64,000 bases of DNA from an uncultured Candidatus Saccharibacteria bacterium (lineage in GTDB: Bacteria; Patescibacteriota; Saccharimonadia; Saccharimonadales; JAGQNJ01), in NCBI GenBank assembly GCA_964583075.1, contig CAZOUW010000002.1, positions 5,915 through 69,914 on the forward strand, written 5' to 3'. Each line of letters opens with the position of its first letter. Position 1 is the first letter of the stretch. The notes under the pieces are model-generated. The model did not search any database. It saw only the letters and a program-made list of their open reading frames with translations, and had not been told where the DNA came from. Positions 32,675 through 39,858 of this stretch are shown here, in pieces. The translations under genes and the position numbers were made by a program.

Positions 32675-33847
32675 CTATTGTTTGCAGACTGGACAAACTT
32701 CTTCCTCGACAAACCCATACCGCCAGGTGATTAAAGCCTTCCGCAGTGGAAGAAATGATAGATATAATTTGAAGTCAGCCAACCGTCTTAATAGCCACCC
32801 TAACCGTCCATAGATACGAACCTTCCCCCACAGTACTGCAGCCCAATGCGGACCGACTGGGATAGCATAAATTGGGCGTTTCGGTTTATAACTATATAAG
32901 GTTTGTCTTTTCGATTTTCTAAGCAAGTTTTCTGCAACAAATTTTGCATCGTGAATTGCGGTCTGCGCCATACCAGCGTAGGTAGTCGAGGCACTGTCGC
33001 CAATCACATAGATATTTTGGTTAGCTTGGAGAAATTGATCTACCTCAACTCGACCTGACTTACCTTGCCTAAACAGTTTTCCAGATTGACTAAAAAATGG
33101 GTTATTGACTACTCCCGCTGTCCATATAACGGTATGTGACTTGATCGGTCCTCTAGGTAAGTAAATGCCATCGAGTGTCTCTGATTTAACTGATGCTTCC
33201 AGCTTAGTCTTTACGCCCACCTTTTTAAGCCGATTTAGAACGTCAGTCGAAAAATCTTCTGGCATTGAAGCAAGAACCCTAGGAGCAGCTTCAACTAAAT
33301 TAACCGTAAAAGGGGCTTTTATCTTGTGCTTTTTTCGTATCTTTTTTAGATATGCTACCAGTTCAGCACTGAGTTCCACGCCGGTTGCTCCAGCTCCGAT
33401 CACCACATAATTTCTTTCCGTCTCTGTAGCCAACAACTGTTCATGCATATGGCGTTTTAGCTGTAATGCTTCGTGAACCGTCTTCACACCGTAAGAGAAC
33501 CTCTCAAGCCCCCTGATATTATAAAATTCGGTCACATTACCCAACGCTAGTATCAGCTCCTCATATGTATACTTCGAGCCTGATTCGCCTGAAATAAACT
33601 TTTTTTGTTTGTCGATTGTTGTAACTGTGTCCTCAATTACCTCAACATTTTTTGCATAAGCAAAAAAATCACGCAGCGGTATGGCTACTTCTAGTGGCGA
33701 ACGTCCAGTAGCTGATCGATACAGCGCAGCGTGATACTCAAAATAACTCTGGCTAGAAATCAATTTTACTTCCACTCCTGATTTATTCGACAAGGATAAT
33801 GCAGCTCGTACACCACCAAACCCGCCGCCAACAATAACGACCTTCAT
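32675..33847 (-). CDS. ndh: type II NADH:quinone oxidoreductase (NDH-2) / FAD-dependent pyridine nucleotide-disulfide oxidoreductase
   Basis: 390 aa with two Rossmann GxGxxG motifs (VVIVGGGFGGVRAA; VVIGAGATGVE) and NDH-2-like architecture. Confidence 0.8.
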   Translation of the reverse strand: MKVVIVGGGFGGVRAALSLSNKSGVEVKLISSQSYFEYHAALYRSATGRSPLEVAIPLRDFFAYAKNVEVIEDTVTTIDKQKKFISGESGSKYTYEELILALGNVTEFYNIRGLERFSYGVKTVHEALQLKRHMHEQLLATETERNYVVIGAGATGVELSAELVAYLKKIRKKHKIKAPFTVNLVEAAPRVLASMPEDFSTDVLNRLKKVGVKTKLEASVKSETLDGIYLPRGPIKSHTVIWTAGVVNNPFFSQSGKLFRQGKSGRVEVDQFLQANQNIYVIGDSASTTYAGMAQTAIHDAKFVAENLLRKSKRQTLYSYKPKRPIYAIPVGPHWAAVLWGKVRIYGRLGWLLRRLADFKLYLSFLPLRKALITWRYGFVEEEVCPVCKQ

Positions 33848-35506
33848 TTAAAAACTCTTTCTGATGTGGATTTGCGAAAACTCCAAACTAGCATCGGTTT
33901 TTTTGTGTGGATTAAATATGTTATCAGGATCAAACAGTTTCTTCACAGTTTTGAATATCTGCATCATTTCTGGAGAGTACATATACTCAAGCATCGGACC
34001 ACGTATCATACCGTCGTTATGCTCACCAGATAACGAGCCATTGTATTGTAATACCAAATCCGTAACCTCTTCGAGAGCTGGATATATCTTGTGTCTTTCG
34101 GATTCAACACGTAAATCCATTAGTGGGATGATATGGAAATTTCCATCTCCCATATGCCCAGCAACGGTGTAAAGCAATTTATATCGCTCTAATATTTCGG
34201 TTAAGCGTGGTAAAAATTCAGGTAGCGTTTCCGGAGGTACTATCAAGTCATCAATAAAAGGGGCGGTGTGTTTACGTTTAACGTTTTTTCTAAGCAAGTT
34301 AAAGCTTTCTCGGCGCATTGTCCAAAACTTCTCTTCCTGATGCCTATCTTCGGCCAATTGGGTCTCAATGTTCTTACTCTGCATCATCTGTTGTAACTGA
34401 TGTATCTTTCTGTCTATTTCATTTTGTTCTGTAGCTTCAAACTCGCACAAGAGGATTATTTTTGGAAAACTGGGCAAAAACCGAAGTAAATGTTTTAAAA
34501 CTGGTAAGAAACTTAAGCCAAGTAATATAAACCGCTTCCAACCTAAAGTTTTACGAAAACTAAAGAAAAACCTGAAAGCAAACTTGAGTGTATGGTCGTC
34601 AAACGACTCCAAACTTGTTGGCCTCATTGGCAATATATCGTTAATTATTTCACCGAGTCCATCGAGATTTTTTAGAAAAATCACTACCATCCCCGAGAGT
34701 GGCTTAGCCGGAACAAGCCGAAAAGTAGCTTCAGTTATTAGACCCAGTGTACCCTGAGAGCCAACGATGATCTTTGTCATGTCAAACGCTTCTCCGTCCC
34801 AAACATCCCAAATATTGTAAGCAGTTGAGTTTTTGCTGACCTTGGGCTTTGATGCCTTAATTATTTCTTGATTTTCCGTGACCAATTTATAAATCCCACG
34901 GTATAAATCGCCTTCTAAACCAGTCTCGTTTAACTTTTGTTTCAATGTTTTTTTATCAATAGCTTGAAATGTATGCTCTTTGCCGTCTCTCAGCACAATC
35001 TTGACCTGTTTTACATACCGATCTGTTTTGCCATATATCAGAGATTTTTCACCGCCAGCATTGTTTGCCACCATACCACCGATCATACATAAATCTTTTG
35101 ATGCGGGATATGATGGCATTATTAACCCCTGCTCCAATGTCTTGGGTTCAAAATCACGATAGTAAACGCCAGGCTGTACGGTAACTTCATTATCTTTGAT
35201 TTGCCCAACCTGTGTAAAGTAGCGCCCATATGCCACGATAATAGACTCGTTAATAGCTCCGCCGGACATATCTGTACCGCCGCTGCGACCAGTCAGTGAA
35301 AGATCAGGGTGCGATAGTTTATTCTTAGACACATGTTCTACTAGGTTGCAAATGTCTGTTACGTCTCGTGGATAAGCTATTGCTTCAGGTTTAATCTCAA
35401 ACAAACTGGCGTCGTGGCTATATAAACCACGCGCATGTCTATCTACTTCTATATTGCCCTTGAAAAATCTTTTGATGTCCTCGTGGAGGTGGGTAAATTT
35501 ACCCAT
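33848..35506 (-). CDS. FAD-linked oxidase (FAD_binding_4 + FAD-oxidase C-terminal domains; GlcD/D-lactate dehydrogenase-like)
   Basis: 552 aa with TGRSGGTDMSGGA in the PCMH-type FAD-binding domain and a C-terminal FAD-oxidase domain. Confidence 0.7.
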   Translation of the reverse strand: MGKFTHLHEDIKRFFKGNIEVDRHARGLYSHDASLFEIKPEAIAYPRDVTDICNLVEHVSKNKLSHPDLSLTGRSGGTDMSGGAINESIIVAYGRYFTQVGQIKDNEVTVQPGVYYRDFEPKTLEQGLIMPSYPASKDLCMIGGMVANNAGGEKSLIYGKTDRYVKQVKIVLRDGKEHTFQAIDKKTLKQKLNETGLEGDLYRGIYKLVTENQEIIKASKPKVSKNSTAYNIWDVWDGEAFDMTKIIVGSQGTLGLITEATFRLVPAKPLSGMVVIFLKNLDGLGEIINDILPMRPTSLESFDDHTLKFAFRFFFSFRKTLGWKRFILLGLSFLPVLKHLLRFLPSFPKIILLCEFEATEQNEIDRKIHQLQQMMQSKNIETQLAEDRHQEEKFWTMRRESFNLLRKNVKRKHTAPFIDDLIVPPETLPEFLPRLTEILERYKLLYTVAGHMGDGNFHIIPLMDLRVESERHKIYPALEEVTDLVLQYNGSLSGEHNDGMIRGPMLEYMYSPEMMQIFKTVKKLFDPDNIFNPHKKTDASLEFSQIHIRKSF

Positions 35507-35516
35507 TGATTACCTC

Positions 35517-36056
35517 CTATTCGAGTATTGGAAATCGTTTGACCAAAGACTGTTTAACCCACCAGCTCCGCAAACCCCAAACCTGTCTGTCATTTGCAGC
35601 TAACAAGCCCAGTAAGACCACGGAGTAAATGACGTGATCGTCTATAATCGGGTTATTTTCAGGTAATATCATTGCCGACCACATCATCATAAACAGCAAT
35701 ACCCCTGAGATTGTTGCTATTCTCATACCGATACCGGCTATTAGTGCAAACCCAATAAGCAAAAGTCCTGCCATAAACAGTACATCAACAAAGGTATTGC
35801 CAGCTAAGCCCTGATAGAAATCAGCAAATGGTCCCTTAGTAGCAAATTCTAAGAATCCAGTGGTTGGTGAACCACCGTTTATCCAAGCTTTTTCACATAA
35901 CATAGTTACAGTATTAGTTTCGGCATCTCGACAGGTAGCGAAGCCTAGGCCAAGCAGCTTATCGAAAAATGCCCACAACAGCGTGAATCCGAGTAAAATA
36001 CGAGCCATTGCCCAGAAGTATGGTGATTTATCATTTGTTGAATTTTGTTTTGCCAT
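35517..36056 (-). CDS. DoxX-family membrane protein (quinone-interacting, TQO small-subunit-like)
   Basis: 179 aa with about 4 TM helices. RILLGFTLLWAFFDKLLG is a DoxX-like N-terminus. Confidence 0.6.
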   Translation of the reverse strand: MAKQNSTNDKSPYFWAMARILLGFTLLWAFFDKLLGLGFATCRDAETNTVTMLCEKAWINGGSPTTGFLEFATKGPFADFYQGLAGNTFVDVLFMAGLLLIGFALIAGIGMRIATISGVLLFMMMWSAMILPENNPIIDDHVIYSVVLLGLLAANDRQVWGLRSWWVKQSLVKRFPILE

Positions 36057-36193
36057 ATTAATCCTTGCTTAACGTTAACGCTTATCTATAGTAAGTATAG
36101 CTTCAGAAGCTTTTATATTCAAGATTCAAGTGCTGGGCAGAGCCATTAATAACCACTTACTTTATAGCGCTAACTCTGACTGTTAGAGTGCTT

Positions 36194-36479
36194 AACAAAA
36201 ATACTTAAAAACACTGTGAGTGATCTAACGCACATACTTGTAATATTAACCAGCCAAGCCCCAGCCACTTCTGCGCTATGCGCAGGCGAACCGACAAAAA
36301 TACCGACTTTTCATTTAGAAAAATAAGGAACGGCGGGAAAATCTAAAAATTCAAAGGCGGTTTTCTGGCGGGGCGCAACGGGCAGACTTGCCCGCAAGGC
36401 AGCAGGGCTGAGCTTAGGTTCTCGCTTTTCAGCTTTTTGAGATAAAATAGGTTCTAACCTCATCGTATAGAGGCACCAA
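36194..36479. repeat. IR1-R: 286-bp inverted repeat, partner of 31935..32220
   Basis: Perfect reverse-complement match to IR1-L. Its outer end ...gaggcaccaag fuses directly to IR2-L. Confidence 0.9.
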
Positions 36480-36610
36480 GAAAGTACTAAAATCGGAATT
36501 GCGGCGCAAATGCGCCGTTTTTTCTTTGGTTGCGCGAAGCGCCAACCAAGGATTTTTCAGAGGGGGAGAAATATTTGGGGCGGCCGCTGGCTGCGCCTTC
36601 TTGGATTTTA
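36474..36610. repeat. IR2-L: inverted copy of tRNA-Leu 3'-flank, its terminator, and the recombinase 3' end (partner 38155..38295)
   Basis: Sequence caccaagaaagtactaaaatcggaattgcggcgcaaatgcgccgttttttctttggttgcgcgaagcgccaaccaaggatttttcagagggggagaaatatttggggcggccgctgg is the reverse-complement of 38155..38295 with about 3-4 mismatches at the distal end. It includes an orphan hairpin+T7 terminator at 36503-36524 on the plus strand. It encodes a 75-aa minus-strand ORF (36429..36656) that mirrors the recombinase C-terminus. Confidence 0.85.
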
Positions 36611-36643
36611 GACCGCCATTGGTGGTTTTTGCTATACTGGAGT

Positions 36644-36726
36644 TGGACACAATCAAAGCGGAATAGCTATTTTAATTGGCTCAGATAGCCGTCTCGTACA
36701 ATTTGGTTATTCCGGATTGTGTCCAG
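36644..36726. promoter_or_regulatory. 12-bp inverted repeat pair (ttggacacaatc ... gattgtgtccag) upstream of the recombinase gene; candidate operator/recombinase binding site
   Basis: 11/12 match, separated by 59 bp, ending about 30 bp before the recombinase ATG. The palindrome aatagctatt also lies between them. Confidence 0.3.
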
Positions 36727-36757
36727 CGAGGCGGCTATTTGAGTTCAAGGGGGTGTT

Positions 36758-38503
36758 ATGAGTAAGTGGTACACTTATGCTAGAAAATCAACAGACGTTG
36801 AAGATAAACAAGTTTTATCCATTGAAGCACAATTGGTTGAACTCCGGGAGTTTGCCAAGCGAGAGGGTTTAGATATAGCCGCCGAGTTTGTCGAGAAACA
36901 ATCCGCTAAAAGTCCAGGTCGTCCGGTTTTTGGCAAATTACTGACTGAAATTGAAAAATCTGGCGGTAATATACTCGCTTGGCATCCAGACAGGCTTGCC
37001 CGCAATTCCATTGACGGCGGACAGATTGTCTACTTACTGGACAGTGGCAAGCTGGACAACCTGAAGTTCCCGTCATTTTGGTTTGAAAATACTTCTCAAG
37101 GCAAATTTATGCTGAGTATTGCTTTTGGTCAAAGCAAATACTATGTAGACAATCTGTCCGAGAACACCAAGCGTGGACTTCGCCAAAAAGTCCGAATGGG
37201 ACTTTATCCGGGCTGTGCGCCCGTTGGATATATAAATGATGTCCGCAGTAAAAGCATTGTCATAGACAAACGGCTTGCGCCGGTTGTTGTTTCCGCTTTT
37301 GAGCTGTATGCCAAAGGCGAGAGCCGGCTGGAAGATATTGCAGTTTTTCTTAAAAGCAAAGGCGTTGCCACCAAAAGCGGCAAACAACTAAGCAAAGACC
37401 AGATCAAACGGATATTGACCAATCCGTTTTACTACGGACACTTCAAATTCTTAGGCGAAGTCCACGAGGGCAAGCATAAACCAATTGTGCCTAAAAAACT
37501 GTTTGACCAAGTACAAACAGTTTTAAGCCGTAGAGGGCGACCACAAAAAGGAAAAACCACCCCGCAAATCTTTTGCGGTTTGCTGGCCTGCGCTTCTTGC
37601 GGATTATCCGTAACTGGCGAGCACAAAATAAAACGTCAGAAAAATGGCAATATCCATGAGTATATTTATTATAGGTGCACCAAAAAGCGCAAAGATTTCA
37701 AATGCTTAGAACCTGCTGTTACCCAAAGTGATTTAACAGAGCAATTATCTAGCTTATTGACTGAATATGCCATGCCAAAGGCATGGGCCAGCAAACTTGA
37801 AGCTATGCTTCAAGAAGATGAAAAGGAAGTCAACCAAACTGTTTCAGTGTTTGTAGCTAACGCCCAAACACGACTTGTTAGTTTGCAAGGTAAACTCCAG
37901 CGACTTTTAGATGGTTATTTAGACCAAGACATTGAGCAAAGTGTTTATCGAGCTAAACAAGCTGGGTTGATGTCCGAGAAAAAGTCGCTGGAAGAGCAAG
38001 TCAGCAAACTCACGCTTGCCGGAAGCAGTTGGATAGAACCTATGCGCCAATGGATAAAACAGGCTGTTTCAAACGGTGAAACAGCCAAAAAAGCCGAGCC
38101 AAGTGCCATAAAGGAAGCACTAACTAAAATGGAAGGATTGAACCTATTTCTAAAATCCAAAAAGGCACGGCCAGCGGCCGCCCCAAATATTTCTCCCCCT
38201 CTGAAAAATCCTTGGTTGGCGCTTCGCGCAACCAAAGAAAAAACGGCGCATTTGCGCCGCAATTCCGATTTTAGTACTTTCTTGGTGGGCGAGAAAGGAC
38301 TTGAACCTTCACGCCTTGCGGCACTAGTTCCTAAGACTAGCGTGTCTACCAATTCCACCACTCGCCCACGATACCAAATTGTTAAATACCGATGTATTTT
38401 ACCCTATGCGACGGTAAAATACCAGTGTCGAATCGCCATACTCTTTCTTTGTCCTCAAATTAAAACCCTCGCCAAGATTCACTTCGACATCTGGTGGAAG
38501 TGA
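36758..38503 (+). CDS. large serine recombinase (resolvase catalytic domain + recombinase domain + zinc ribbon); 3' ~350 nt of ORF reads through att-like repeat and antisense tRNA-Leu
   Basis: 581-aa ORF. The N-terminus YARKSTDVEDKQ...LAWHPDRLARN carries the serine-recombinase catalytic Ser and Arg motifs. Recombinase-domain and Cys4 zinc-ribbon motifs (CGLLACASCG...YYRC) follow. The C-terminal part after about aa 465 overlaps IR2-R and tRNA-Leu and is probably not native coding sequence. Confidence 0.8.
   Translation: MSKWYTYARKSTDVEDKQVLSIEAQLVELREFAKREGLDIAAEFVEKQSAKSPGRPVFGKLLTEIEKSGGNILAWHPDRLARNSIDGGQIVYLLDSGKLDNLKFPSFWFENTSQGKFMLSIAFGQSKYYVDNLSENTKRGLRQKVRMGLYPGCAPVGYINDVRSKSIVIDKRLAPVVVSAFELYAKGESRLEDIAVFLKSKGVATKSGKQLSKDQIKRILTNPFYYGHFKFLGEVHEGKHKPIVPKKLFDQVQTVLSRRGRPQKGKTTPQIFCGLLACASCGLSVTGEHKIKRQKNGNIHEYIYYRCTKKRKDFKCLEPAVTQSDLTEQLSSLLTEYAMPKAWASKLEAMLQEDEKEVNQTVSVFVANAQTRLVSLQGKLQRLLDGYLDQDIEQSVYRAKQAGLMSEKKSLEEQVSKLTLAGSSWIEPMRQWIKQAVSNGETAKKAEPSAIKEALTKMEGLNLFLKSKKARPAAAPNISPPLKNPWLALRATKEKTAHLRRNSDFSTFLVGEKGLEPSRLAALVPKTSVSTNSTTRPRYQIVKYRCILPYATVKYQCRIAILFLCPQIKTLAKIHFDIWWK
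38155..38295. repeat. IR2-R: partner of 36474..36610; spans recombinase 3' end, tRNA-Leu terminator and tRNA-Leu 3' terminus
   Basis: Near-identical inverted copy. Its outer end ...gtactttcttggtg corresponds to the complement of the tRNA CACCA 3' end. Confidence 0.85.
38236..38258 (-). terminator. Rho-independent terminator downstream of tRNA-Leu
   Basis: Hairpin ggcgcaaatgcgcc followed by TTTTTT on the minus strand, about 25 nt after the tRNA 3' end. Confidence 0.55.
38283..38367 (-). tRNA. tRNA-Leu (anticodon TAG), 85 nt including encoded CCA
   Basis: Manual fold: acceptor GGGCGAG/CTCGCCC, U8, 3-bp D-stem GTG/CAC with GAATTGGTAGA loop, anticodon stem CTAGT/ACTAG with loop CTTAGGA (anticodon TAG), a long 13-nt variable arm, and T-arm GAAGG-TTCAAGT-CCTTT, followed by ACCA. 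Confidence 0.85.
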
Positions 38504-38932
38504 TATAACCACCATACCCCCTAGTTTGGTACATTGTGATACTTTCTGTACCCGGGTAATGCTTACATCGTCATACGGCGGGTCACACACAACAATATCA
38601 AAGTATTTGTCGGGGTTATTATCTATCCAAGAAGTTATGTTCGCTCGAGTTACCTTCAATGACGCGTCCAGATTTTTAGAATTTGTGCTGATTACCTCAG
38701 AAGCCTTCTTGTCTGAATCTATTGCAACCACGCCCACAGCTCCCCGACTAATTGCTTCAAGGGCAATCGCACCACTTCCACTATAAGCATCTAGCAGGGT
38801 CAGGCCAGATATATCACCCAGTATATTAAAGATCGCTCCACGCATCTTTTCGCTCATTGGGTGAGTTTTATGCCCACTTGGAGAGTCAAAAGTTCTGCCA
38901 CCTAACCTGCCAGCAATAACCCTCAATCTCAC
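38399..38932 (-). CDS. rsmD: 16S rRNA (guanine966-N2)-methyltransferase RsmD
   Basis: 177 aa with a SAM-binding motif LDAYSGSGAIALEA and the DPPY catalytic motif. Confidence 0.8.
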   Translation of the reverse strand: MRLRVIAGRLGGRTFDSPSGHKTHPMSEKMRGAIFNILGDISGLTLLDAYSGSGAIALEAISRGAVGVVAIDSDKKASEVISTNSKNLDASLKVTRANITSWIDNNPDKYFDIVVCDPPYDDVSITRVQKVSQCTKLGGMVVISLPPDVEVNLGEGFNLRTKKEYGDSTLVFYRRIG

Positions 38933-39756
38933 TCCTCGATCTCCGGAGTAATCAACTTTGCCTCGACTAATGCCAGATACCAGATTAATGCCACCGTACG
39001 CGCAATCGTCGGCGCAAGCTTGCTACGTACATCGACTATTAGCTTCGTAGACCAACCACGCTTCCTAAAGCGTTCGTACATATCAAGAACGGCAATTTCG
39101 CGAGCTGTGCGACGAAACAGCTCTAGCGGACCAACATCGAGTGCTGTAGCGATCTCGTGGTCTTTGGGTGCAGCCATACTCATACCGAGTGGCGCGATTA
39201 TTGTTGCAATTCCAATCTCAAATAAACCGTGCGTCGACATTAAACCTTTTGGTCCATAAACCTTCCAACTCCGCTTTATTGTTTCACGTTTCGTGGCACC
39301 TTGCGGAATAACTTTCTTACGGAAGGTTGTACGCGTTTCTTTAGCCTCTCCACGTATTTCGCTTAACTTTTCTTCGTAAGGATAGTGATGAGCGGGTGTC
39401 AGCCCATCAACGATAGCGTGCGCCAACCATGCAGCCTCAAAAGCAATGCGCTCTTGGTTATTTTTCTTTAATTCCTTTACTAACTGATTATAGTGATCAT
39501 GGATCAAGTCAATGAGCTCTGAGTCATTATTATCAAATGGACTGTAATAATGCCAGGGCTCATCTTTGGCCGGACTCTTGCGCTTAATTGCGTCAGGTCC
39601 CTTCCTACCTTCAAAATGTAAGATTTTTTTAGCGGACGGGAAAAGCTCTTTTTTTGGCAAAAGTTTCGCCAGTTGCTTACGAGCAACTCTGTCTAGTTTC
39701 TGGTGTGCACCGAGAATGCGGCCAGACATAGGTGTCAATGTTGTTCCAGAATACAT
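38929..39756 (-). CDS. hypothetical protein (His-rich motifs; possible zinc-dependent hydrolase/phospholipase-C-like fold)
   Basis: 275-aa ORF. AWLAHAIVDGLTPAHHYPYEE contains clustered His/Asp. No confident family assignment was possible. Confidence 0.4.
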   Translation of the reverse strand: MYSGTTLTPMSGRILGAHQKLDRVARKQLAKLLPKKELFPSAKKILHFEGRKGPDAIKRKSPAKDEPWHYYSPFDNNDSELIDLIHDHYNQLVKELKKNNQERIAFEAAWLAHAIVDGLTPAHHYPYEEKLSEIRGEAKETRTTFRKKVIPQGATKRETIKRSWKVYGPKGLMSTHGLFEIGIATIIAPLGMSMAAPKDHEIATALDVGPLELFRRTAREIAVLDMYERFRKRGWSTKLIVDVRSKLAPTIARTVALIWYLALVEAKLITPEIEE

Positions 39757-39858
39757 AAATACTACGAGACAAACCTGTAGGTTTTCTCATTAGGCCGTGC
39801 AAAAAAATCTGACTTTTTACTTAGGCCAATCTCTTCCCTTATTTGAAAAATATTCATG

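Larger units (their letters stand above)
31935..38283. mobile_element. putative ~6.3-kb tRNA-Leu-integrated genomic island: IR1-L, 4-gene quinone-redox cassette, IR1-R/IR2-L, large serine recombinase, IR2-R/tRNA-Leu 3' end
   Basis: The recombinase gene abuts and overlaps the tRNA 3' terminus. Junction motifs TTGGTG/CACCAAG equal to the tRNA 3' end occur at 31935, 36474 and 38283-38295. The cargo genes are unrelated to the flanking housekeeping context. Confidence 0.55.

Noticed and set aside
36440-36479. tRNA-like 3' fragment (aggttctaacc...gaggcacca) at IR1 outer end
   Set aside because: The T-stem cannot pair (ATAGG vs CTCAT). Only the terminal CACCA matches tRNA-Leu. It was treated as an att core, not a tRNA pseudogene.
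37945-38361. 138-aa minus-strand ORF
   Set aside because: It overlaps the recombinase gene and runs through tRNA-Leu. It is an artefact of GC-rich repeat sequence.
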